Source: a virus (Duplodnaviria; Heunggongvirae; Uroviricota; Caudoviricetes). Taken from it: a stretch of 43,940 nucleotides of DNA. The notes under the pieces were generated by a model, which searched no databases, was not told the DNA's origin, and saw only the letters and a program-made list of their open reading frames with translations. The translations under genes were made by a program, and so were the position numbers. Of this stretch, positions 35,743 through 43,493 are shown piece after piece (positions within the stretch are counted from its first letter, which is position 1; every line of letters begins with the position of its first letter). Location: positions 1 through 43,940 of the IMG/VR virus record IMGVR_UViG_3300009826_000019, one strand, 5' to 3'.

Positions 35743-36084
35743 ATGAAAATAAGTAACAATATAGAGTTTAACCCGATAAGACAAACAATTTTAGTCAATG
35801 GGGAAAAAATGAGTTGGGTGCGCCGCCAGAATGGTAGGGATAGACTTTGCAACCAATTAAGCACAAAGGAAAGTCAATTATTAGAGTTTCTTTTGCAAAA
35901 CAAAAACAATGTGGTTAGCGTTGAAAATACCTTACAAACATTATGGGTAGACGTTAATTTTAACAACAAGCGAAGCGCAGACGTTTATATAAACTTTCTC
36001 CGCAACTTGTTAGGCAAGTGGATAAAGATAGAAACAGTTTATGGTGGGGGCTGGAAACTAACCACCATAACGACAAAAATATAA
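35743..36084 (+). CDS. Stand-alone OmpR/PhoB-type winged-helix DNA-binding domain (Trans_reg_C; RprY-like)
   Basis: LSTKESQLLEFLLQNKNNVVS...LW...RSADVYINFLRNLL...IETVYGGGWKL; no receiver domain. Confidence 0.85.
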   Translation: MKISNNIEFNPIRQTILVNGEKMSWVRRQNGRDRLCNQLSTKESQLLEFLLQNKNNVVSVENTLQTLWVDVNFNNKRSADVYINFLRNLLGKWIKIETVYGGGWKLTTITTKI

Positions 36085-36113
36085 GGTTTATTGATTTTTG
36101 ATTATTATGATTG

Positions 36114-36147
36114 AAAAACGCCTACCCGCAGTTGGTAGGTGTTTTTT
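36114..36147 (+). terminator. Intrinsic terminator
   Basis: AAAACGCCTACC/GGTAGGTGTTTT plus T-run. Confidence 0.75.
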
Positions 36148-36231
36148 CTTTTTTGAAAATTGGTATAGCATCGGAATAGCATGAAAATATTATATTTAAG
36201 GTATAATAATAATCATAAAATACATAATACA

Positions 36232-36573
36232 ATGGCACGTAAAATTAAAAATAGAAATTTAGTAATTGACGGCACGACCCCAAAATACATTCGTTGTTAT
36301 TCAAACGAGGGGCGCAAAGACGAAACTTTGGACTGCATTACAGTAGTTTTCACAAAGAAAAAAATGAACGGTCAGTTTTTCTACATTAGTGCAAGCAAAA
36401 CAGGTAGCGGAGTTTATACCTACGGGCACTCCGACGTACAAATTGACAGACCCAGCTACGGTCATTTGGGTAGAAAAATAGAGTTTTCGGAACTCACAAA
36501 GGAACTGCAAAGACAGATTTTACCCGACTACTGTTTATTTTGGAATTGCCACAACGAGGTTTGGGGAGTTTAA
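36232..36573 (+). CDS. Hypothetical cassette protein (MARKIKNRNL...)
   Basis: The track start 36181 lies inside the promoter spacer; ATG 36232 is in frame. Confidence 0.75.
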   Translation: MARKIKNRNLVIDGTTPKYIRCYSNEGRKDETLDCITVVFTKKKMNGQFFYISASKTGSGVYTYGHSDVQIDRPSYGHLGRKIEFSELTKELQRQILPDYCLFWNCHNEVWGV

Positions 36574-36586
36574 CTCCCCCTTTTTT
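36563..36586 (+). terminator. Intrinsic terminator
   Basis: GGGGAGTT/AACTCCCC plus T6. Confidence 0.75.
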
Positions 36587-36609
36587 AACAACAAATAAAA
36601 ATTACAGAT

Positions 36610-36786
36610 ATGGTATACGTATTATTTATGACAGACCAATGGCAGAGCCGACAGTCAAGAGTATTTTGCGGAGTTTTTGACTCTTATGAACGAGCCGAAG
36701 CGGCGGCTATTCGCAACGAAAATGAGTTGTGGAAACAAACCTATGTAATCGTTCCCACTGAATTAAATAAATTTAACGAAATATAA
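36610..36786 (+). CDS. Small protein, 58 aa (MVYVLFMTDQWQSRQSRVFCGVFDSYERAE...)
   Basis: A-rich leader; not in the track. Confidence 0.7.
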   Translation: MVYVLFMTDQWQSRQSRVFCGVFDSYERAEAAAIRNENELWKQTYVIVPTELNKFNEI

Positions 36787-36788
36787 TA

Positions 36789-36802
36789 TACTCAAATGAG
36801 TA
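36789..36802. repeat. Palindrome TACTCAAATGAGTA, copy 3
   Basis: Contains the ATG (36796) of the next ORF. Confidence 0.9.
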
Positions 36803-37137
36803 ACATAATAACATTTTTTTTACAGGACTTTGAGGCACTTACTTATAAGACCCTATTTGATTTTTTTGAATGGGGTAACGCCGACAAAAATAAAGAGATT
36901 TACAGAAAAACCTTTGAAGAAAATCATAGGTTAGCCAAGGAACGAGTCAACCTCAAAGTAGGGGATAAAATCCGTTTAAACTACCCTCCAGGCACTTCTT
37001 TTAGTTGGACAAATGGAGAGTATTACATACGTGAAATTGACGGTAGTACGTTGAAAATATCCATATCATTAGACGAGGATATCACAGATTGTTATAGTTG
37101 CATTGGGATATTAAATAGTTATATGGAAATAGTCTGA
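36796..37137 (+). CDS. Hypothetical protein
   Basis: 113-aa ORF starting within the palindrome. Confidence 0.65.
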   Translation: MSNIITFFLQDFEALTYKTLFDFFEWGNADKNKEIYRKTFEENHRLAKERVNLKVGDKIRLNYPPGTSFSWTNGEYYIREIDGSTLKISISLDEDITDCYSCIGILNSYMEIV

Positions 37138-37205
37138 CAAGCATCGGAATAACATCAAAAGATTATATTGAATAGTATAACAATAACATAATAAAAAGTA
37201 ATAAA

Positions 37206-37448
37206 ATGACGACTTACGAATTAACCCCGACAAACGGGCGCAAAAGTTTCTACGGAAAAGCAATAGTATTAACAGACGAGGCGGGAAACCGTACACTGTT
37301 ATCCTACGGGACACGAATAATGCGAATTAACGCAGACAGTTCAATGGTACGAATTTGGAACGATTGGACAACAACAACAGGAAACCATGTCGCAAGTTTT
37401 AGCGGACTGAACAAAAAAGGTTTTATGGCACTACCATTAGCCGAATAA
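37206..37448 (+). CDS. Cassette protein, paralog of 38895-39161
   Basis: Shared EL.PTNGRKSFYGKA, LLSYGT.IM, W..TTGNH.ASF..LNKK.F. Confidence 0.8.
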   Translation: MTTYELTPTNGRKSFYGKAIVLTDEAGNRTLLSYGTRIMRINADSSMVRIWNDWTTTTGNHVASFSGLNKKGFMALPLAE

Positions 37449-37454
37449 AAAATT

Positions 37455-37478
37455 AACTCCCAAAAGGGAGTTTTTTTT
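37455..37478 (+). terminator. Intrinsic terminator
   Basis: AACTCCC/GGGAGTT plus T-run. Confidence 0.75.
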
Positions 37479-37655
37479 GTGCCATTTATTAAATGTTAAA
37501 ATAGTATAAAAAATTTTATTAACCTATTTTAACAATTTAATTTATACTATTTTAACACTCTATTTTTGTTACAAATATATACTATTTTTGTAACAAGCAT
37601 CGGAATAATATGTTAAAATTATATTTAATATTATAATCAATAAAACAATAACACA

Positions 37656-37919
37656 ATGGATAAAATAAAAATGGAACGCTATATTGATAGCGAAATTGCA
37701 GAATACCAAGCGGCAAAGGGTGACTTCAAAAGGGCATTAGAAAACCTTGAAAAGTTTAAAAGTCAATACGCAAAAATGTACAACCTACTCAATCAGTTGT
37801 TAGTAACTACTGAAACAGACGACCTTATTGACGCAAATATAAAGTTGTTACAACGTTTGGCGTATGACAAAGAGTTTAATGAGTTGCACGAAATATCAAA
37901 AAAAGTACACAGGTTTTAA
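37656..37919 (+). CDS. Helical/coiled-coil cassette protein
   Basis: Element 37599 upstream. Confidence 0.75.
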   Translation: MDKIKMERYIDSEIAEYQAAKGDFKRALENLEKFKSQYAKMYNLLNQLLVTTETDDLIDANIKLLQRLAYDKEFNELHEISKKVHRF

Positions 37920-37920
37920 A

Positions 37921-37943
37921 AAAGGGGCGTAAGCCCTTTTTTT
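37921..37943 (+). terminator. Intrinsic terminator
   Basis: AAGGGGC/GCCCTTT plus T-run. Confidence 0.7.
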
Positions 37944-38016
37944 ATATTCCAATATATACATCGGAATAACATTAAAATCTTATATTTAATATTATAATAA
38001 TCAAATAATTAAAGAC

Positions 38017-38250
38017 ATGACAAGGAATATATATGTAATTTATGTGAATGGCGAAGCCATGTACGCTTTATACGATTACGGTCGAATTACAAATTGGATA
38101 AACGTTTTTCAACGCCACAGAAGTAATTGCCCACGTTTGTACAAAGGAAACAGTTATCATGTTGAAGTTTCAACCGACGCTTACAATAATGAGAGCGGAG
38201 ACTTTGTTGGAACGGTAAAACGTGAAACAGTTGCAAGTTTCACAGTATAA
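38017..38250 (+). CDS. Hypothetical cassette protein
   Basis: Element 37960 upstream. Confidence 0.75.
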   Translation: MTRNIYVIYVNGEAMYALYDYGRITNWINVFQRHRSNCPRLYKGNSYHVEVSTDAYNNESGDFVGTVKRETVASFTV

Positions 38251-38264
38251 TACTCAAATGAGTA
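38251..38264. repeat. Palindrome TACTCAAATGAGTA, copy 4
   Basis: Starts directly after the TAA; 2 nt before GCATCGG. Confidence 0.9.
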
Positions 38265-38325
38265 TAGCATCGGAATAACATTAAGATATTATATTTGATA
38301 GTATAACAATAATAAAAATAATACA

Positions 38326-38562
38326 ATGAATCCATATAATTCATATAGCGTTGTTTATAGTAAAAATGGTGGGGAATTAAAATATCAAACCACAGTTAAT
38401 TTCGCCACAAAAAAGGAGGCGAGAGCGCGGTTAGAAATATTAAAGTTGGACTGTAGGGCAAATAGAATGTGTGTTGATGTGGTGAACATGAAAAACCGTT
38501 TTATTGCATACTACGCAAATGGTGTAACATGGGACTGTCGTATTATTGAAGGTTGGTTATAA
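38326..38562 (+). CDS. Hypothetical cassette protein
   Basis: Element 38269 upstream. Confidence 0.75.
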   Translation: MNPYNSYSVVYSKNGGELKYQTTVNFATKKEARARLEILKLDCRANRMCVDVVNMKNRFIAYYANGVTWDCRIIEGWL

Positions 38563-38600
38563 TCTATATTGAATAACATAACAATAATAAATATTTCAAA

Positions 38601-38831
38601 ATGAGAGCATTTAAAACAGAAAAAAGTGATTTTACGTTTCGTTTCAGCGGATACGGACACTATGAAGTTACATACACAAGCCCCGTTACGGGCAAGCGTT
38701 GGACTACGGTTACAAATGATATGCCGTTAATTGACGAAACCAAAAACACAGACGAACCGAAGCGCAAAGATTTGAATCGCTTGAAACATATCTGCAAATG
38801 CAAACCACCTTGTGTAAGGTGGTTGAGCTAA
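38601..38831 (+). CDS. Hypothetical cassette protein (SDFTFRFSGYGHYEVTYTSPVTGK...)
   Basis: Preceded by only the TATATT half of the element (38565-70). Confidence 0.8.
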   Translation: MRAFKTEKSDFTFRFSGYGHYEVTYTSPVTGKRWTTVTNDMPLIDETKNTDEPKRKDLNRLKHICKCKPPCVRWLS

Positions 38832-38894
38832 CATCGGAATAATATCTGAATGTTATATTGGATAGTATAGTAATAATCATAAAAATATAATAAA

Positions 38895-39161
38895 ATGGTA
38901 CTTGAAAGAATTGAATTGAAGCCAACAAACGGGCGCAAAAGTTTCTACGGAAAAGCCCAAGTTGAATACCACGACAATAACACAGGCGAAATTGGTTTGT
39001 CGGACAGAGTTTTGTTGTCTTATGGCACAAAGATAATGACGATAAAATACGGTGGCAAAATGGTACGGCATTGGAACGGTTGGACTAAAACAACGGGAAA
39101 CCATATTGCAAGTTTTGCCGACCTCAACAAAAAAGCGTTTTTGGAATTGGAATTAGTATAA
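38895..39161 (+). CDS. Cassette protein, paralog of 37206-37448
   Basis: See paralog; element 38833 upstream. Confidence 0.8.
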   Translation: MVLERIELKPTNGRKSFYGKAQVEYHDNNTGEIGLSDRVLLSYGTKIMTIKYGGKMVRHWNGWTKTTGNHIASFADLNKKAFLELELV

Positions 39162-39181
39162 ACAATAAAATACAAACAAAA

Positions 39182-39349
39182 ATGAATTGTGCAAATTGCA
39201 AAAGTGCTATACGCACCATAAAAGTAAAACGGATAAACAGATATGCTGTATGTAGCAAATGTTATAAAGCATTTGTTAAAATACAACAAGGCATAACATT
39301 TGACGGGTTACAAGTTCCAAAAGACAAACAATGGTGGAACTTTGAATAA
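39182..39349 (+). CDS. Small zinc-finger-like protein, 55 aa (MNCANCK...CSKCYK...WWNFE)
   Basis: Two CxxC pairs; terminator downstream; not in the track. Confidence 0.65.
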   Translation: MNCANCKSAIRTIKVKRINRYAVCSKCYKAFVKIQQGITFDGLQVPKDKQWWNFE

Positions 39350-39356
39350 TAAAATG

Positions 39357-39382
39357 AGCGGCAAATAAGCCGCTTTTTTTTT
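39357..39382 (+). terminator. Intrinsic terminator
   Basis: AGCGGC/GCCGCT plus T-run. Confidence 0.75.
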
Positions 39383-39794
39383 GTTTACGGCTATTTATAT
39401 TCAGTAATAACATTTGGCATATCATTTGAATAACATTGTGAATTTCGCCAAGCCCCACGAAACACAGACCAACGGAGTCACCGTTTCAAATGTGGATACG
39501 CGCTTACAGAAAAACACAAATAAGACCTCAAATAAACGTTAAAATGATATAACTCAATTTAATAGGACAAAAACCTATATATTTTTTTTTGCTTCGTTAT
39601 AATGTAAATATGACGAATATTTTTTGTTTCTATTAAATGTTAAAATAGGTTAAATTGGTTTCTCAATTATAAAATGTTAAAATAGTTTAAATAATATTTT
39701 TATACTATTTTAACATTTAAAGATTATCCCCCATAGCATCGGAATAACATTTTACTTTTATATTAGATAGTATAATCAATTAAAATTAAATAAT

Positions 39795-39950
39795 ATGTTA
39801 GTATGTAAAAAATGTAACTCCGAAAAAGTTTTACAGAAGTTTTGGGTCAACCCGAATGATATGGAAATTGACAGTATTGTTATCAATGATAACAAAGGTA
39901 ATTGGTGCGATGAGTGCGAAGACTATACTGAATTGGTAGAACAGAAATAG
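39795..39950 (+). CDS. Zinc-ribbon-like protein, 51 aa (MLVCKKCNSEKVLQKFWVNPN...WCDECEDY)
   Basis: Same CxxC...W..PN...WCxxC layout as 35277-35483; not in the track. Confidence 0.75.
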   Translation: MLVCKKCNSEKVLQKFWVNPNDMEIDSIVINDNKGNWCDECEDYTELVEQK

Positions 39951-40012
39951 CATCGGAATAATATTTAAAAATTATATTTAATAGTATAATAATCAATTAA
40001 ATATCATTAAAC

Positions 40013-40345
40013 ATGGAATGGAAATATAATAATTTGACGATTACTCAGGAAGAGCTTGAGAGCGTGGCAGAATTTTATGCAGAAAATTATCTGTATGATA
40101 CGGCTAATGGAACCCGACCCGAAAGACCTTTACAAGCGTTTGAAGACGATTTTGGTTCCACTGATGATGCGGAGGCATACTTGGATTTGTACGCAGAGTT
40201 TTTTGCTCTATGTGAGAAATACAAAAACGACCCCGAACTTATCGCAAAGTACACGAAAAACGAAGATGACGAGGAAGATGAGTTTGACGAAGATGACGAA
40301 CTAGCGGAATACGGTCGCACAAAGTTGTGGCGTTGGGCTTATTAA
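40013..40345 (+). CDS. Very acidic, aromatic-rich protein (DNA-mimic candidate)
   Basis: 32 D/E vs 10 K/R in 110 aa; element 39952 upstream. Confidence 0.8.
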   Translation: MEWKYNNLTITQEELESVAEFYAENYLYDTANGTRPERPLQAFEDDFGSTDDAEAYLDLYAEFFALCEKYKNDPELIAKYTKNEDDEEDEFDEDDELAEYGRTKLWRWAY

Positions 40346-40374
40346 GATAAAATATTATTTATTGAATTATCCTT

Positions 40375-40406
40375 GGGGGATTAGGGAAACCTAAATCCCC
40401 TTTTTT
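40375..40406 (+). terminator. Intrinsic terminator with GAAA loop
   Basis: GGGGATTAGG-GAAA-CCTAAATCCCC plus T6. Confidence 0.75.
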
Positions 40407-40557
40407 GTGGTTGTATTAAATGTTAAAATAGGTTAAAATAATAGCATCCCATAAAATGTTAAAATAGTATAAATAATATTATTAAACTATTTTAACATTA
40501 TATTATAACGAACATCCGAAATGATATTAAAATGATATTCGGAATAATATTATAATG

Positions 40558-40571
40558 TACTCAAATGAGTA
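40558..40571. repeat. Palindrome TACTCAAATGAGTA, copy 5
   Basis: Located in the ORF-less 40346-40760 island. Confidence 0.9.
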
Positions 40572-40821
40572 TGCAGAATAAAATTTTAAATGCTATTTTT
40601 ATTAAATGTTAAAATAGTAAAAAATTTTATACCCTCAACACATCACAATCATATTTTCCTATCATTTGCCGATAATTCTAATGATATTTTGTATATATAT
40701 CATTATCATTATATTAAAATGATATTCAAAAAATAATTAGATACACAAAAATCTCAGATTTGCATCGGAATAACATTTTCATATTATATTTAATATTATA
40801 ATCAATAATAATTTAAAAGAT

Positions 40822-41157
40822 ATGAACTATAGATTTCAAAGATTTCCAGGTCACCCGCAGGGTTTGGGTTGTTTTTCAATTTTTAATGAGGTGGGGGATT
40901 TTATTCATAGTTTTGGCAACCCCGTAGCAATTTTGGATATGCCGAGTCCGTTGGATATACAGCAGGCGTTGGAGGCGAAATTTCCAGGTTGTGAGTTGTT
41001 GGAATGTATGCGCGAGGGTCGTTATGGTTCGACAATTACGATAACGGATATGAAGATTCCAACGGCGGATGGTATGATTTCCGTTCCTGTTTCTTACCTT
41101 GAAGAGCCGCACGATGGGGACTACGAAAATGGTTGGTACACAGCCATAATAATATAA
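40822..41157 (+). CDS. Hypothetical cassette protein
   Basis: Element 40764 upstream. Confidence 0.75.
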   Translation: MNYRFQRFPGHPQGLGCFSIFNEVGDFIHSFGNPVAILDMPSPLDIQQALEAKFPGCELLECMREGRYGSTITITDMKIPTADGMISVPVSYLEEPHDGDYENGWYTAIII

Positions 41158-41159
41158 AC

Positions 41160-41182
41160 AAGGGGGTTAACCCCCTTTTTTT
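41160..41182 (+). terminator. Intrinsic terminator
   Basis: AAGGGGG-TTAA-CCCCCTT plus T-run. Confidence 0.75.
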
Positions 41183-41259
41183 ATATTTGGGTAGTTTGCA
41201 TCGGATTAGTATATTAAAATTATATTTAGGTATATAATAACAATAAAATTTTAATCAAA

Positions 41260-41364
41260 ATGGGAGTATTAGGTTTATTCGTAGGTAAGTTTATTTTATG
41301 GGCGTTGTTGAGTGCTTTCTGCATTTGGGTTTTAGTAAAGTGTGATGATGTTTTGAGCCGATAG
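41260..41364 (+). CDS. Single-TM peptide, 34 aa (MGVLGLFVGKFILWALLSAFCIWVLVK...)
   Basis: Lies between elements 41200 and 41366; not in the track. Confidence 0.6.
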   Translation: MGVLGLFVGKFILWALLSAFCIWVLVKCDDVLSR

Positions 41365-41429
41365 CATCGGAATAACATTAAGATATTATATTTGATAGTA
41401 TATAACAATAACAAATAAAATTTTAAACA

Positions 41430-41867
41430 ATGGTAAATTTAGGTCGTGTAACAGATGCGCAGAAGCCCGTATTTTATTACGTGTTTCAACTGACAAAAAA
41501 GATTGTTTTTGAGGTACAGTATTACTACTGCGGTGGTAATAGATACCCACACTTTAGCACACAAGCCAACGTTTTTAATCAGCCAAAAAGTGATTGGGAA
41601 CGTTGCGGGCAGGGGCAAAAGGAGGTTTTTGTTGGATTTGAGGCGGCTATGGAGTTTTACAAAAAGTGGGATTATTGTCACTGCAAAGACTTATCCAGGG
41701 AGCAATACAGTGAGATGGTTTGGGATTTGGAATGTTTGACGGTCTATTATAATCACTTATTTTCAAACGAGAGAGAGTTTTCGTTTTGGGATAAGGCGGA
41801 GTTCACGAAACGGAGACCGAAGGGAATAAGGGCGATAAAAAGGGATAAAATGGCTTTGGGTATTTAA
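41430..41867 (+). CDS. Hypothetical cassette protein
   Basis: Element 41366 upstream. Confidence 0.8.
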   Translation: MVNLGRVTDAQKPVFYYVFQLTKKIVFEVQYYYCGGNRYPHFSTQANVFNQPKSDWERCGQGQKEVFVGFEAAMEFYKKWDYCHCKDLSREQYSEMVWDLECLTVYYNHLFSNEREFSFWDKAEFTKRRPKGIRAIKRDKMALGI

Positions 41868-41884
41868 TACCCAAGCCTTTTTTT
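41852..41884 (+). terminator. Intrinsic terminator
   Basis: GGCTTTGGGTATT/AATACCCAAGCC plus T-run. Confidence 0.75.
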
Positions 41885-41963
41885 ATATTATATGTTTGTT
41901 GCATCGGAATAATATTTTACTTTTATATTTAGGGTATAATAATAATCATAAAAATTAAAGATA

Positions 41964-42254
41964 ATGAGACAAAAGGTATATGGTTTTTTGTGGATACAGT
42001 CTACGGGTATGCGTTTTAGGAATGGCGAGATGCGGTTTGATGGCGAAAAGAAACCTATCCCAGCGTGTGGTAGTGATGCGGTTATATGGTTGGATGGTCG
42101 TTGGAGTTTGGAAAATATGGAAAGTTTTATACGTTCTATTATTGCCCAGCGCGATACGTATAAGAGGGTTGTTGGTTATTCCATAGGTTATTTGGATTGC
42201 TATGACCCAGAGGACAAAAAGATACAGAAAATTTTAAAATACACAGCGATATGA
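41964..42254 (+). CDS. Hypothetical cassette protein
   Basis: Element 41903 upstream. Confidence 0.75.
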   Translation: MRQKVYGFLWIQSTGMRFRNGEMRFDGEKKPIPACGSDAVIWLDGRWSLENMESFIRSIIAQRDTYKRVVGYSIGYLDCYDPEDKKIQKILKYTAI

Positions 42255-42553
42255 TAAATAAAAATATGTATGGGATATCCATGGGTCGTGGTGCTGCGGG
42301 TATCTATGTAAAAAACTTTTATGTTGATGGTCGTGTTGACAATCAATTTGCTTTTAAGCGTTGGTATATTGAGTGCATTATGGATAAATTTTTTCCTTTT
42401 TTTGAACGTGGTTTAACGTTTCATATTAAGGGTAAAAAGTCGGAACGTGTTACACGTTTGGAGTTGGAAAGTTATTTGTCGGGGTATTGCAAAAGGTATC
42501 CAAACCAGCGTGAGAATTGCGACAAATTATTGTCGGGTTTGGTTTGGGATTGA
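42251..42553 (+). CDS. Hypothetical protein
   Basis: ATGA-coupled to the upstream ORF. Confidence 0.7.
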   Translation: MINKNMYGISMGRGAAGIYVKNFYVDGRVDNQFAFKRWYIECIMDKFFPFFERGLTFHIKGKKSERVTRLELESYLSGYCKRYPNQRENCDKLLSGLVWD

Positions 42554-42558
42554 TATAA

Positions 42559-42572
42559 TACTCAAATGAGTA
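42559..42572. repeat. Palindrome TACTCAAATGAGTA, copy 6
   Basis: 5 nt after the TGA of the upstream ORF. Confidence 0.9.
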
Positions 42573-42696
42573 TATAATAAGGTTTAAAGTATGGCGGAGT
42601 TATATAATTTCGCTATGCTTTTTTCATGGCATCGGAATAATATGTAAATATTATATTGAGAGCATAACAATAACAATAATCAAAAACTTAATAAAA

Positions 42697-43152
42697 ATGA
42701 CAGCATACGAAAAAAGTAACAATATTGAGAGTGTAGAATTTAGTGTTTCGGCGGCGGCAAAAAAGGCGTACAAGGATTTATTAAACAGTGGTGATGCTTC
42801 GGCGAAGGAACGGCAGGTATTATCGAATAAATTAGTTTTGGAGTTGTGCAGGTGTTTCAAAATACGTAATGTTAGTGAGGTTCGAGTTTGCAATGTGGCA
42901 CAGGATAGTAAGACGGTAAATGGGCGTTGTGTGCGTAAAACAATGGGTAAATATATGGTTTCACAAAACATGATAATTGTGTTTAATAAAACGGCGATAC
43001 GAAAAAACACAGTTGCAATAAAAAGTTTTACGGATACTTTGTTACATGAATTTTGCCACGCTTTAGATTACTTACATTACAAATTGGGTGACAGTTTGCA
43101 TACGGCGGGTTTTTACAAGCGTATAACGAGTTTAAAGATAAAATTGGGATAA
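42697..43152 (+). CDS. SprT-like zinc metallopeptidase-domain protein
   Basis: TLLHEFCHALD...SLHTAGFYKR (HExxH plus a downstream His). Confidence 0.65.
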   Translation: MTAYEKSNNIESVEFSVSAAAKKAYKDLLNSGDASAKERQVLSNKLVLELCRCFKIRNVSEVRVCNVAQDSKTVNGRCVRKTMGKYMVSQNMIIVFNKTAIRKNTVAIKSFTDTLLHEFCHALDYLHYKLGDSLHTAGFYKRITSLKIKLG

Positions 43153-43170
43153 CATATAGGAAAATAAAGA

Positions 43171-43205
43171 AAATGGTTTATATGGCAAATATGAACCATT
43201 TTTTT
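43171..43205 (+). terminator. Intrinsic terminator
   Basis: AAATGGTTTATAT/ATATGAACCATTT plus T-run. Confidence 0.65.
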
Positions 43206-43238
43206 ACAGTATTAGCAATATAATAAAGATTTGAATAA

Positions 43239-43493
43239 ATGAGAAACGAGCAAATAATATATTCACAGGATTTTCAATATCAATATGATTATTGGGGGCG
43301 GCGTTTGTCGCAGTGGTCTAAAAAACAGTGTGCATGGGTACGTTTTAGGCAATACAAAAACGATTGGTTTATTGTTAATGACTCTCGCTTTCCGATACCG
43401 TATGAAAGTAAAACTGCGGCGGCTTTGGCGAATCATGAGGGGACAAACGGTCATTATGGGACAAACACTATAATTGTAGTTACATCGGAATAA
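43239..43493 (+). CDS. Hypothetical protein
   Basis: Its last codons (TSE*) lie inside element 43484. Confidence 0.65.
   Translation: MRNEQIIYSQDFQYQYDYWGRRLSQWSKKQCAWVRFRQYKNDWFIVNDSRFPIPYESKTAAALANHEGTNGHYGTNTIIVVTSE

Larger units (their letters stand above)
31793..40617. repeat. TGTTAAAATA(G) box clusters (direct and inverted)
   Basis: Clusters at 31793-31810, 32841-32888, 37487-37558, 39631-39718, 40414-40499 and 40600-40617. 39631-54 and 40414-37 are identical for 24 nt. Confidence 0.8.

Noticed and set aside
40670-40712. Fur-box-like GATAAT repeats
   Set aside because: Only about 13/19 match in very AT-rich DNA; not distinguishable from background.
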